A stretch of 64,000 nt of DNA from the human T2T-CHM13v2.0 reference genome, Homo sapiens, in the NCBI RefSeq assembly GCF_009914755.1, contig NC_060930.1, one strand, 5' to 3'. The notes beneath the pieces were generated by a model. That model made no database searches. It was not told the DNA's origin and saw nothing but the letters and a program-made list of their open reading frames with translations. The position numbers were made by a program, and so were the translations under genes. This document shows, piece after piece, positions 29,041-45,969 of the stretch (the first letter of the stretch is position 1; each line of letters begins with the position of its first letter).

Positions 29041-31977
29041 GTCATTCTAAAAGCCGAGTGTTCAAGTCTCCACCTGAACATTCAGAGGCAAAGCAGAGCC
29101 TGGAAGCTCACAACAGACTATAGTTTCTGGCCTGTCATAGAACAGGATTACTTTAAATCAAGTGGTCAAGATCCTTATCCTTAAAGAATCCCAACTTTTA
29201 AACTGCTGAAGAGCCAAAGCAGCACAGGATTAGGAGACAAGCAGAGATGGTCTTGAGTCTCAGCCCTGCACTTACTAATTATGTGACCTTAAGCTTGCTA
29301 AGCCTCCGTTTCTCTATTATGAGACTGTTGAGAGAAAAAAATGAGATAACTTATATAAAGAAAATAAAGAGAAGTTATCCTTGGTTGCACATAGTTTTAA
29401 CAATCCATCGGCACCAATGTTAGAGTTTAGAGGAGCCCTTTCAGTGTCTGCAACAAATTTTCTCCCGGTAAATATCATGCTAATATCAGTAGAGGCAAAC
29501 TTTCCATAAGTGACAGGCTATTAAATGACACAGAATGATTGGAAGTTTGGCATTTTTAGATCTATTTCTCTTTTTTGCACCATTTGTATAAAACAATTAT
29601 ATCCATCGTGAACTGAGGTTACAAACATAGGGCAGAGTTTTGCTAATAGAGGTTTAGAAACATGATTCTACAATTTGGTCAGGTTAAGGTCGGCCTGGCT
29701 AAGATGCAGTACCAGGACCTGGTTCCTCCCAATGCAGGGTAAATGGCCTTTTTTGGCCTTTTAGCTGGGAGAGAAGCACACAGGAGAATTGGAAGTAGAT
29801 TTAAGAAATATTTGGGGTGTAAAATGGAAAGGTCTAGATGACTGATTAGATTTGGGGATGTAAGGAAAAGGGAAGAACCAAAGATTACTCATTTGTTTCT
29901 AGCTTGACTGACTTGGGGAATGATATTACCAACGATCAGATAGAAAAAGGAAAAAGAACATTTTAAAGAAGGAAGATGAGGAATTGAACTTTGAACAAGT
30001 TGAAAATTATGTATTAAGCATTCAGAAATTCAGACAATTATATCTAGCAGGCAGTTGACTATTAAGAACCCAAAGCTTGACAGCACTGGAGGTAGCCAGA
30101 GAGCGCTCTGGGCTGGACATATGGATTATTTTTGGAGTCATTAACAGAGAAGTGATGTTAGCAGGTGAGTTTACCCAGGAAGAGACTTGGGAAGAACAGT
30201 GGAATGAACACAGAGTCCTGGAAGGAAACAAGAGACTTAAGCAGTGGCTGGGGAAAGAGGAACTCCAAAAGAATGCAAAAGAATATTCAGGAAAACAAGG
30301 AGGTACTGTCACTGGGCTAAGGAGAAGACTATTGGTTCACAATGACGGACAAATTGCGTGCATAACCTATCTCCTCTGCATTTCCAGATCCAACTAAAAT
30401 GTTGCAAAGCAATTATACAGGAATAAACTGCCACATTGAAAAGAAAAGGAAGTGATTCATTGACAGGAGAATTCAACTAATTACGTGAATCTAGAAAGCA
30501 TGCAGACAAGTGGAAACCGAAGATGCAGGGCAGAGGCTGTACAATCCCAGACAGTACATGGAGGGGTGTTCAGATGTGGAGGGAAGAGAAGTAGGTACTG
30601 CGGATGACAGGAGGGCAAGCACAAAAGTTATGTCCATGAGATAGCTGGCCCCTTCTCTACCCCTATATATGGCTCCCAGGTCAAATATATTTCTACAGTT
30701 CTCTCAATACATAGAATCAATTTTGGGGTAGGGGGAGAACAAGGGCAGGTAGTGTGTTTGTGATGCTGAAAGCAAGAGCCTCCACATTTTTGCACTCGGG
30801 GGTCCCCTAGCTGGCTTCTCTCCTCACCTTCACAGCTTAAAGCATACTGATGATCCTTTGGCCAAATACAGCCTAGCTCTCATTTCATGTAGTCTATAAC
30901 TCTTTAAGAACATTGACTCAGCTTTCTACATTTATAACTTTGGGTATTTCACATGAAAATCCAGATTTCCAAGTTCTCTGGAAATTTCAGATCAGCCGGA
31001 GCTCAGCAGGCCTGCCCCCTTCTCATCCCGCATTCTACTTGATGCAGTCTGCCCCAGCTTCACCAGTTTATGAGATGTGCCTTGCACCAGTGTGCAAGCC
31101 CTCTGTAAGTAGAGCCTACTGGATGACAGATCCTACACCTATACATAAGAGCCCCAAATCAGCTGAAAAAAGTCTTTTTATCAGTAAATATGGACTAATC
31201 CTGTAATTCTTAAAAGTCACCCACAAAGAAAGGAGGATCAAGCTAGCATAAGTTTTCTTTAGAGCAACCTTGTCTATAACTGGAAGCCAAAGGAGCAATG
31301 CCTTCCGGTGTCTATGGAAAATGATTAGTCACCCAGAATTACATGCTGAAACTTACTTACACACCATGAGGCAGGAGACAGTTAAGCAGAAAGTCCCACA
31401 TAGAAGTGAAGCAAGGAAGGGAAAGGCATGGGTGGGGTCTGGAGGCAGTGAAAGGTAGCAGATTTGCAGCAGAGCTAGAGAGGAGCCCTTCCAGGTCGGA
31501 GCAGGAGGATGGAGAGCTACAGGAGCCATGCATTTAAGAATGGAGAGTTAGTGTGATAGAAATGATGAGTTTGAAAGGCAATTAATACCTCCAAAAAGGT
31601 GGCAGGAGGGAGGCAATATGAGAAGTCTCCGGGTAGCAAGAAAAGGAGCTCTTCCACACATAGGCATAACCTCTTTAACCAAACCTCAGCATATAGAACT
31701 CTCCCTAAAATCCTGGGAGATAAAAGCCCTCAAGCCACAGTCTAACAGTACCATGTGCAGAGCAGGCATCATGATTTTGCCCCATGGTGTATTTAAATAT
31801 GCAACAGAGCTGCTGCTTGCTTTATCCAGCAGATGCATTATGGAAAGCTGTGAAAAAGTGATTTTTTTTCCAAATTAAATATTTTAAATGAAGGTATTTA
31901 AAAATTTTCAAAGGTGAATCTCTTGAGGCTAAGAAACCTCAATTTATAGGTTTTGTAAATTCAGATTTGAAAGGCTA

Positions 31978-32220
31978 CACAGTGGCTAAGAGCATAGACT
32001 TTGAGCTAGACTGCTTGAGTTAAAGCCCCGCATCACCATTCATTAGCTGTATAACCATGGGCAAGTTATTCTAACTCTTATAATCCCAGTTTCTTCCCCC
32101 ACAAAATGGGGGCAGATAGTAGTATCTGTTCACAGGGTTGTTGTTGGATTAAATGTCTTAACATTTCCAAAGTGTTTAACACTGTGCTTGGCATAAAGCA
32201 AGCTTGGTAAGTATTTGATA
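31978..32220 (+). mobile_element. MIR
   Basis: cagtggctaagagcatagactttg...gggcaagtta...cacagggttgttg. Confidence 0.8.
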
Positions 32221-32323
32221 TATAAAGCAATAAATGTAAAGATTTATTTTGTCTAAAAAGATGTAAGCCTATTTATCATCTATACGGTGCCTCACACAGG
32301 ATTTTCTTACCTGTAAAAATCCA

Positions 32324-32625
32324 GTTTTTTTGTTTGTTTTTTGAGACCGAGTTTTGCTCTGTTGCCCAGGTTGGAGTGCAATGGCATGATCTCGGCTCAC
32401 TGAAACTGCCGTCTCCTGGGTTCAAGCGATTCTCCTGCCTCAGCCTCCCAAGTAGCTGGGACTACAGGTGCCCACAACAACGCCCAGCTAATTTTTGTAT
32501 TTTTAGTAGAGATGGGGTCTCACCATGTTGGCCAGGCTGGTCTCAAACTCCCGACCTCAGGGGATCCACCTGCCTTGGCCTCCCAAAGTGCTGGGATTAC
32601 AGGTGTGAGCCACCGTGCCCAGTGC
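32324..32625 (-). mobile_element. AluS
   Basis: Antisense full-length Alu; TSD ccagttttttt. Confidence 0.9.
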
Positions 32626-33416
32626 CAGTTTTTTTATTATTATTACCTATAAATCAGGTAGCAGATTATTACTTTTACTGAAGTTTCCATATAGGATTTC
32701 TTCAATAGCAAGTACTAGTCAATTTATTAAAATGTAGTTCAAGAGCACATTTATTACATCTATTAGGTGAAGGTATATTTAAACCTCTACATTTAGGACA
32801 TCACACATTTAAATGGCACATACAATAAGTTTAAGGGCAGACCGTATATCCTCATAACTAATGATTCTTACATTCATAGACAATTTTAAATTACAATGCA
32901 TGCTCACATATATTATGTCATTTAACTATCACGACAAACTGGCAAGGGGGGAGCAAGCCCTGTGCAAGCAAACAAAAACAAAAACCCCTAAAGCTCAGAC
33001 AGCTTAAATAACTGCTCAAAGCCTCCTAATCAGGAATCATGATCAGCAGAAAGGGGCATCAGTCCCCATCTTGACACTGTCTCCAATGTCATGGATCTTT
33101 ACATAATGCTGCCACTGGCGAGGGATTTGTTCAGAACTTGAATTCAATAAAATATGTGTTGCTTCATGTTGATCTAACTCCCTTTCCAGAGACACCCATT
33201 GGGAGGGGCACAGGAAAATGAAGGTAGAGATCAATGCTCACAGGTCTAATAACAGCTTAGGTTGAGCAGGTGTTTGGAAGTGAGCAGACAGAGAAGTCAA
33301 TCTTTGGGAATGGCTCATAAAGAAATAAGTGTGAACTTTGATCAATAACAATGTTTTAATATTGGTTTGTTAGTTGTGACAAATGTACCATAGTAAAGTG
33401 AGTTGTTAATAATACT

Positions 33417-33510
33417 TTGTATTAATTATAATTATATTAATTATAATTAATATTGTATTAATTATAATTATATTAATTATAATTAATATTGTATTAATTA
33501 TAATTAATAT
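33417..33510. repeat. AT-rich 36-bp tandem repeat (~2.6 copies) containing the 20-bp palindrome ATATTAATTATAATTAATAT, inside an old L1 3' end
   Basis: Unit ttgtattaattataattatattaattataattaata read directly. Confidence 0.9.
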
Positions 33511-33644
33511 CCTTGTAACTTTTCTGTAAATCTAAAGTTATTCTAAAATTAAAAGTTTATTTAGGAGGAAAGGAAGGAAGGGAGGAAGGAAGGAAAGAAA
33601 GAAAGAAGGAAGAAAAGCAGACTTCCACCAGTGTTGCTGCTTAC

Positions 33645-33761
33645 TTCCTCATAGGGATGTTCTCGTTGTGGTCTTTCTTTTGGGAAGGATAAATCTAAAA
33701 AGTCAACCAAATAGTCATATCCTCCAGGAAAAGGATTGAAGTCCTCATCTGTCTCAATCAT
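33645..33761 (-). CDS. CMAHP: CMAHP exon, 117 bp: MIETDEDFNPFPGGYDYLVDFLDLSFPKERPQREHPYEE
   Basis: Acceptor GCACAG|ATG, donor GAA|GTAAGC; within ORF 33561..33803. Confidence 0.93.
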
Positions 33762-35262
33762 CTGTGCAAATGACAACATGGTAAAGAGAAGAATATCAAT
33801 CAAGTGGTCAAGGTCTTTAAAAATTCTAAGAATGTGTAAGACTCAAATGCTCTTAGATGATAGATGATAGGAATGAATGGGAAATTAAGAGTCTCTTCTC
33901 TCACCTGAACTGCAACATTCAAATCCTAGTCTATATTAGCAAAACCGCTTCATGTCACTAACATCAAATGTATACAGCTGGTTATCACTATCTGAAGTAC
34001 TATTAGTAATGAGACATCAAATCCCACCATAAATTTGCAGGTGAGGAAATAAATGTGAGCTGTTTCTCATTGTCATATAGCAGCTAAATAGAAATGGTTT
34101 CACTGAAAATGTTTTATAAAAAACTGTCAAAAGTTTTTCTCTTTTTCATACCAATTGTCCTAATGAAAATACCATTTACCAATGCTTCCTAGGTCATTAG
34201 ATTTCAAAGACAATTTTCTAGAAATTATCTGGGAACTAATATAGATATCAACCATTTATTTGGCTAAGTGAGGACTGAAAAAAACCTTGCCTCTGCTACC
34301 CTTTTATTTCATTGAAGAAATAATGTTTTAATACCCCCAAATAGAAAGGACTTAGTCATGGAATAATAACAATTCATCCCAAGAAAAGAGAGTTGATATA
34401 CATACCTACTCTCTTACTTATTTCACTATTTGCCAGCAAAAACTTTGTCACAGACTGGCCATGGGCCCCAGCTAGGTTTCTGGGGATCATTGCTTTTGAG
34501 AATAGCAAGTATTATCTGGCATTAATGTTCAGGAATTGAAAGATAAACTTGGGAGTACTTCTTACCCTGAGGGTAATGAATACTTGTGTCTTAAGAGTGT
34601 GAGTGTTGTCCATTTCCTGATGACATCCCTAAACTTTGCTCCCCTGTACAACTTCAGGCATCTCATATAAGCCACAGGTAGCTGGTTACTCACTGACTTT
34701 GCAGTTACTCCTGTCCCATTTCAGACCTCCTCTTTGTCTTGCACCCTCTGTCTGCTAGTATTTAGTTTGCTTTTGGAGATCTGTCCAGTTTTGGTGACTA
34801 GGTTACAACATGAACTCTTTCTTAGCTTGTGGCTTTGTATGTATGTGTTAGGGCTAGATTAAGCTGCAGACCTAGGCCTAATTCTTAATTTGTGCAATTC
34901 AGCCTCAGCATAGCTGCAGATAAGGGTTACCTGCTTCTACCTCACCTTGCTCCAGGCGATTACCTCTTTGGGTGGATCCTACCTTCTAGCCCCACAGTTT
35001 AAATAGCTGTTCCTGCCATGCCAAAAACACTCACAAACACAAACAACAAAAAACACGTGGTGATAGCAGATAAAAGATGTTCCAAAAGAAAAACTTAGGG
35101 ACTTCAGTACATTCTCTAAATATTCAACAAGAGATTGCTGATCAATTGTGAAATCTGTTCTCTGTTAGGCAGTTGATAGGACTTAATAAATGCTTATTGG
35201 AAAACAAAGGGGTGTTCATGTATTTCCATTATACAAGAAAGCAAAGACAAACAATAGCATAC

Positions 35263-35437
35263 CCTGACCACAAGGTTGTAATCTTTAAATCCAGCCCAAG
35301 TGAAGTATTCTTTTATCCAGGATGAGTGAAGAAATATTTCATCTCCTAGAGCAGCATTCAAGATTTCCAAATAAGGTTCAAAATCCCAGGAATCCTTGTA
35401 AATTTTTGTCCCCTCTGGAGGCTCTATGATGCCCTTG
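35263..35437 (-). CDS. CMAHP: CMAHP exon, 175 bp: (S)KGIIEPPEGTKIYKDSWDFEPYLEILNAALGDEIFLHSSWIKEYFTWAGFKDYNLVVR
   Basis: Acceptor TTTAAG|C, donor AGG|GTATGC; within ORF 35194..35493. Confidence 0.92.
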
Positions 35438-36999
35438 CTTAAAGACACAAAGGTGTGAGAACAGTGAAAGAAAGTAACAAGTAATGAAGGCAAAAGTTAG
35501 TACTTAAGTAGCAAAAGTCAACCAGACTAGCAGCTTTGAGACCCCTCAGATAATTCACAAGGCGTCCCACAAAAGTGCCTCAGTGGTCCCACCATTGCCT
35601 AAATCAGAGCAGCTCCTATTGTCTAGTGTGATAGGTTTCTAAGTCAGATTTCATTCAAAGAAAGAAGTCTATGTCTAGAAAAAAACGTGTGAAAACCACT
35701 AATTTGGGCCTCTTTGTTCAAACAAGTAAATTACAGAAATGTTGCTTATAATCTGGCCATGATTTTGTGGATGCCTGCACATTCGTGCCTCCCCACCCCA
35801 ATTAGAATATAAGTTTGGTGAAAGTAGCAACCATGACTGAACCCATAGGAGGTGCTCAATAAATATTTGTTGGATATATGGATGACTTTAGCCTATCTTT
35901 AAGAAATTCCCAGAACTTTGTGTCTCTAATATATGGTGCTCTTGCTGTCCTAATCAAAGCACAGCCAATAGACAGATGCCAGTTTTTATCCTTAAACCCA
36001 GCCAGTAATGTGGTAGAGTTCTCTGACAATCCTAGAATTCTGTCCATCCCATGTGAAGATGTATCCTTGCATAAAACATGGAATTTTAAGTCCCAAGAAT
36101 GGAATAGGATGTGATCTGGATAAAGAAAATATAAGGAGGGAAATAGGTGCCCATCTCATAAAGAGGTGGCAGTAGCTGACCTTCTTCTCAAAACTATACT
36201 TTTATATGCCCAAAGCTACAGATGTACTGGTTTCTGTAAAAAAAAAAAAAAAAAAAAAAAATTTTACCAAATCCTAAAGCTTCTTCCTTCTAAATGTATC
36301 TCAAATCTTCTTCTGCAACTCCTTGCCTTGCCTCAGTGTAGAGCTTCACTAATCTCTTTCTATAGAAAGCCACACCCTCCCAACCACTCTCCCTTACTCC
36401 AGTGGTTCTACCTGTTCCCCAGTCCATTCTCTGCAAAGCTGAAATGGTTTTTCTAAATAAAAACTCAGTAATGTCCCTTCTTTGCTTTATAACTTTCTGC
36501 AGCTCCCCTCACTCACAGGACAAATTCCCTGCACTGGCTTCTGGGGCCTTTCTCCGAGCCTGGCTGCCGCCTATCTCACCCTTTTCCTCTGCTTTCACTC
36601 ACCAGCCCTCTACTTAGGAAGACAGATGGCTTCATGAGGGCAAAAGCCTCTTCACAGCTGTATCCTCTGTATCTGGGATGATGACTTGCACACAGAAGGA
36701 GTTCAATAAATCATTTCTGAATGAATCACATATATTTATGCCCTCATTCAAAGTATCCGCATTCACCAAACCCATTATACACTTGCCTTCTCCAGCACAT
36801 GCCATTGTTTCTGACTAGAATCTCTTTCTCCTCTCTACTTACTCGTGACATCCTCCTCATCTCTAAATGCCAAAGATCCAGATTAAGCTTTCCTTGGTCA
36901 CAATTTTTTCCTCTTCCCCTTGCAAGGCAGTTAGAGCACTTGGTCTCTGTGTGTCCTCTATACTTCGTCTTAGCTCTAAGACCCAACGGTGTTGACTTT

Positions 37000-37170
37000 C
37001 TAGTCACCCAGAATGCTTTGGTGAGGCACAAGAATACAAATGCAGATTCCTGGGCTCTACCTCAGATCTACTGAATCAGGATCTGTGGGGGAAGGGAGTC
37101 CAGGGATCTGGATTTATGTGAGTCTCTTCAATTATTCCTATGTTCATTAAAGCTTGAAAACTGCTGGGGC
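37000..37170. mobile_element. MER5-type hAT MITE
   Basis: aaatgcagattcctgggctctacctcagatctactgaatcag. Confidence 0.7.
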
Positions 37171-38371
37171 AATCGAAAGAGAAGATTTTTGGAGAGTTAG
37201 GCAAATGTAAAATGACGAAGGCTCTTGAATACCTTGCTAAGAACTGGAATAATTAAAAACCTTTAGACCTGGAAAATAAAATTAAAAACACTTTTATCCT
37301 GGAGGCACTAAGGATATCCTACAGAATTTTAAACAAGAATGTTTGCATTTTAGAAAGGTTACTTTGTCAGCAATGAAGAGCAGGGGCTTTCAAACATTTT
37401 GCCTATCATCCCAGTAAAGACTACATTTTACATTAGGACCCTGGAGTCCCCCTACCAAGGGTACCTATGAAACGAAAGTTTCATGAAATAATACCCTTGT
37501 TACATGCAATGTACTCAGGTATTTTCTATCCTATTCCATTTTATTCTATTCTATTTCATGTTTAAAACATTGGCTGTGAGCAATGGCATTAATTTTGTGA
37601 CTTGCCAATGGATTGTGACCAGCAGATTGAAGACACTGGCATGAAAGATGGATCAAGGGAAGTTGTGGGGGAGGCACAGATACAAGTTGGGGGGCACTGC
37701 AGGAGTCTAAGTGAGAAATTTTGAGAGGCAGAATTAAGGCTAGGGCAGAAGAGGCTGGAGATGAGTGATGGATTTGTGAGTGCTTTATGAAGGAGAATTG
37801 ACCAGATTTGATAACTCGTTTAATATGGGAAGTTAGCAAAAGACAGAATGAGCTGATTTATCATTCATACTGACTTTGCAGAGGTAAGGCTGGGAGAGGG
37901 TGAGCTTTTGGTAATTGCATGTACCACTCTCCAAAATGTTAGTCCATTTCCAAATAGCCCATGATGGTTTCATTTGGCTTAGAGTAGTATTCAAAAATAT
38001 AGCTTTGTGGCATCATGTTAACTTTTCTTGGATTGCATTTCCAGTGTGTTATTGTTACTTGTTCAAATGTACTATCTGTGGAATGGGAAATTGGGTAATA
38101 TTTGCACTGATATGAAAACTAATTTTCTTATTGCTTTTTACTTTCATAAAATAATTTATTTTTGAGCTGTATCAATGGACCTTAATAAAAGATTCTTCAC
38201 TGTTTACTCGCTAGTAAGGTTCTGAGATGATGAAAACATTTGAGTCACTGTTATATAGGATGAAAAGATTAGGAAAAAATTCAGTCTTTTTTTCCCCTAG
38301 ATTTGTGACATACTTATTGGATAGTTCATTTTATTTAAATGGGAAGACTTCCATTTTTAAAAAGTGAGGTA

Positions 38372-38683
<312 letters not shown>

Positions 38684-38804
38684 TTACTGTATAACAAACA
38701 AAATAGGAACCTGTCAAGAGGCCAGAGGTGAGCCATTTATTTTCTAATAGTATTGAAAAAAAATTATAAAACATTTTTATCCTCTAAAAATATTTAAGCC
38801 AAAC

Positions 38805-38945
38805 CTGTCTGTTCGATCCTTCAGCATTCTTCCCAGATCAAGGGTGGCTCCCGGTCGAGGGGTCCATGTTATCACATCAGAGTTTTTCTTGATAAGATTG
38901 TTGAGTTCATTTGGGTCATTTTTGGTGTTTGTTTCCTTGATGTAC
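38805..38945 (-). CDS. CMAHP: CMAHP exon, 141 bp: (K)YIKETNTKNDPNELNNLIKKNSDVITWTPRPGATLDLGRMLKDRTD(S)
   Basis: Acceptor TCTCAG|G, donor CAG|GTTTGG; within ORF 38777..38968. Confidence 0.92.
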
Positions 38946-39480
38946 CTGAGAAATAAAAGCATTCCCATGTAAGAAAGTTTATTCTCAGGTGCATGGTCTG
39001 ATGAGTACAGATTTTTGTTTTATTTTCTCCACATTTTCACTTTCCAATCTTCCTCCACTTATTCCATGGAAAAATAAAGACTATATTTGGGCTAATGTCC
39101 CTAATTAGAGAAGAAGTGTCAGTCAAAGAAGGTTGTACTTATACTTTGTTTTTAAGTATAATTGCATGGTGATTGGAATTGAAGTTAGATGTAGCAAGAC
39201 TGACTACTGAAAATAGGTGGGAATTGCACACTCCTGTGTTTAATGTTAATATATGGATTAACTATTATTTGGCAGGCATTATACTAAGTGTTTAATATGA
39301 ACTAATTGATTACCTTCACAATGCCCCATGAGGCACTATTATGATGCTCATTTTAGAGAGAGAGAAACTAAGCCTTAGAGAAGACACATGACTTGCTTGA
39401 GGCCATACCATTAGCAGTCAGCCCAGCCCCAGCTCTCCACCCAGCTGTCTGACACAGGCTGTGCAGCCAGTGAAGCCTCA

Positions 39481-39890
<410 letters not shown>

Positions 39891-39922
39891 TCAGTTGCAA
39901 CCCATCTTGAGATCCAATTTCT

Positions 39923-40159
<237 letters not shown>

Positions 40160-40174
40160 TGAGATCTAATTTCT

Positions 40175-40461
40175 TTCTTTCGAGACAGAGTCTTGCTCTG
40201 TTGCCCAGGCTGGAGTGCAATGGCACAACTTGGCTCACTGCAACCTCCACCTCCCGGGTTCAATCAGTTCTCCCTGCCTCAGCCTCTCAAGTAGCAGGAT
40301 TACAGGTGCCCACCACCATGCCCAGCTAATTTTTGTATTTTTAGTAGAGATGGGGTTTCGCCATGTTGGCCAGGCTGGTCTTGAACTCCTGACCTCAGGT
40401 GATCTGCCCGCCTCTGCCTCCCAAAGTGCTGGGATTACAGGCATGAGCCACTGTGTCTGGC
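40175..40461 (-). mobile_element. AluS
   Basis: Antisense Alu; TSD tgagatctaatttct. Confidence 0.9.
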
Positions 40462-42540
40462 TGAGATCTAATTTCTAACTGTGGCATTGATAGAAGCGTG
40501 GTGTCTCCCAAATCTAATTCCATACCACAATCTTTCTTGAAAAGCCTTAACTCTTCAATTTCAATGTCATACAAGAAGGTGATTGTGGTTGTGTTGGAGC
40601 AGAAAGAGAAAGATCCAGAGAACGAGATTTGTCACTGTGATTCACCTAACATGGGTTTTATAGACAGACATTTCTGTTAAAGGGAATTTTACTTTCTTGA
40701 GCTACAAATTGGTTACACAGACGTGATAGATATTTTTAGTGAGATAAGTAAAAAGTACATAATCATTTGTATTTCTATAGCACCAAGGTGACACATTTAT
40801 GATCTTGGAATCAATTTTGTAGACACAGGTGAGAACGCTGTCACTGCACCAAAGACGTCAGTAGCTTTTCTCTTTTTACACACATTAATATCCTCCCACT
40901 GTTACAGTCACCACCTTGTCTCATCTTCTTCCAGCCTTTAGTCTCTACATGGTTCACTAACAGGTTTCCCTGCCTCCAACTATGTTACTATTCATTACTC
41001 TTCCTAAAACATAATGTGTGGTGGTCACAAAGTTCTGTAACTTCTTGATGTGTCTTTGTCTCTCTATAAAATAAAAATAAGATCAGTATCTAGATGGGGT
41101 ATTGTGGGAAGTGAAAGTATTTGCCAACTGCTTACATGCAACAGTACAGCTTTTAATTGCTTTAAATGACAGCATCACATTAAGTGGTCAAGTACCCACC
41201 ACCTCCAATTCTTCTCCACATCCTTGCAACTCAACCTACTTAATATTTCTTGAATCTGCATTCTCACTCCCCACTGCCATTCATTATTCCTTCCTGGGTT
41301 ATTGCAATAGTTTCCAAACTGGTCTTCCTTTCCCTTTGCCATCACACAGGCATACAAACTAACCCCTCCAGTTCACATCTGATTACATCCCTGTTCCTCA
41401 CCCGACTATCAGGCTCCCTATCCTTCCAGGAAAAAATCCAAATCACGTAGCATGTCCTAAAGTGCTCATACAACCCCTGTCTCCTGTTCTGAACTGCAAT
41501 TTCTCATCCCAGCATCTTTTTATCTTTGCTGGTCAGTTCCTACTCCTTCTTTAAAATGCAGCATTCATAGACTCATCCAGTGTTCGTCTCCTCTCCTGCG
41601 TCTGTATCCCCTTGCCTGCATTGATCATTCTGTATTCCAATTGTTCTTCTCTTCTAATAGACCATCACTCTGAGAACAGACAATCATTTTATCTCTAGTT
41701 CTCCAGTACTTAGCACAGTGCTGCTCAGTGAATGACAAATGAATTTACAAGTAACAAAGAGCAATGATCAAAAGAAATTATGTTTTAACCTTAGACCAAT
41801 CTTTTCTGAAAAAATTTGGAAGATACAAGAGAGCTAAATAATGTCAACAAGAAGTTTAAAAAGAAACACATCAGCAAGAGACCACATTAAGCAATTATAC
41901 ACATGTAGCTACGTTGCAAGAGAACGTAGCATGTCAAAATGATGACAGGTTTTTAACAATGAGACAAATGAAGTGCAGAGAAGTCAGATAGATGGTGGTA
42001 GAACCAAAACCACAATCCCATGTACACCGCTCCTTCTACTGTACTGCTGCTTCCAGTTGATGAGAAGTCATGGGCAGTCCTAACAAGATTACTGTCACAA
42101 AAACTCGCCTCGAGGACCGACTTATTATCCAATAAATTCAGACAAATACAGGTAAGTGTACTTTCTTGGTAAAATGACACATGCATTTCCTGCCTGCACA
42201 TAAACAGTCCCTGCCCTTTGTTCACAAAATATCAGTAACTGTATGATAAAATAAATGTTTTTGTGAAGCAGATGATTGCTCATGAAAACGTTATAGCTAG
42301 GGGATGAGTCACTGCATAAGCTCAGGATCAAATAAATTTTATATACAATCAAGGAAATCTTAGCAAAGTTTAAACATCTATAAACTTTCCTTTAGCATTT
42401 AAAATAAAATTGTACTCCATATAACACAAAATGGATAGATTTATTATATGTATTGCTTTAGCAAGGGATTATGAAGTCCATAAAATGTGCATGTAATATA
42501 ACTTGATTGTATCACAAATATGATTTAAACAAATATGCTT

Positions 42541-42888
42541 GCTGGGCTCAGTGGCTCACGCCTGTAATCCCAACACTTTGGGAGGTCAAGGTGGGAGGAT
42601 CATTTGAGGTCAGGAATTGGAGACCAGTCTGGCCAACATGATGAAACCCTGTCTCTACTAAAAATACAAAAAATTTAAAAAAATTAGCTGGGCATGGTGG
42701 TGCATGCCTGTAGTCCCAGATATTCAGGAGGCTGAGGCAGGAGAATCCCTTGAACCTGGGAGGCAGAGGATGCAGTGAGCTGAGATTCAGCCATTGCGCT
42801 CCAGCCTGGGTTGACAGAGCTCGACTCTGTTTCTACCAAAACCAAAACAAAAAAACAAAAACCCCACAAACAAACAAACAAAAAACCC
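42541..42888 (+). mobile_element. AluS
   Basis: Full-length with an A/C-rich tail; TSD aatatgctt. Confidence 0.88.
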
Positions 42889-42984
42889 AATATGCTTGCC
42901 TTAACTACCAAGGCTTAAGGTGCTCTTTAAGAATCACCATGTTTGCCTTTTTTGATCTTTAATTTTTCAAATTTACTGAGATCC

Positions 42985-45060
<2,076 letters not shown>

Positions 45061-45969
45061 TTAGGGTCAGGTCCACACACACAGTGCAGCTTTGGAGTTA
45101 ACCCAGGAGTTTATCCATAATTTTATGGGCTCACTTTCCTAAGCCTCCTCCTATCTGAAATCTCTCCATGATTTTCTGCTTCCCAGGTATCCCCTTCATC
45201 TTCTGGTTGAAAAGCCAGGGCTTCGATTTCCCTGTACTGCTGTGCATGTTCTGGAAACTGCATATGCTTGTGGGGCAAAGTGGTGAGAGGTTAGCGAGAG
45301 AAAAGACTGTAACAAGGATTCTCTTCGTATTATTCGAACCGAAATTGCTTTGATTTGAGAAAATGATTCTTTTTCCTTGGAGTGTCATCTATGAGTGAGG
45401 CTTCTAGCAGTCCTTCACCAGGAGAGTTGCTCAGGGCCTCTCTCATAAGCATATGTACAAAAAGTGAAAGTAAGTTAATTTTTGACTTAATTACTTAGGT
45501 GGCTAGAAGCAGCAAATCAAAGAGAAGGATTGAGACTGCTGGTAAAGATTTGTTACAGCAGTGAAGAATGATCACTAACTTAGCAAAACTGTAACGAGCA
45601 GATATAATGCTTTACTGCCTGGGGCCGTTTAGTGCAGGGGCAAACAGCTCAATGGACTAGAACACATCCTGTTATAACATCCTCCAGTGAACTGTAGGAA
45701 CATCAAGCTGTTACATTACATTCTAAAACTTTGAAATGATGAATCCATGATATCAAGAAAATATCAATTATGTTCTAATACTCTTTCTGAGAAGACAATT
45801 ATACCTAAATCATAAAATTTTCACATCTAGAGAGATAAACTATACCTATCCAGAAAATTTTGCTACCTAGCATGATTTCACTATTTAGAATGCCCAAGTT
45901 CCCAGAAGTTCTATACAGCTAAGATTTTACTCTATTAAAAGGTCTATGATGCCAAAAATTATTAAACTC

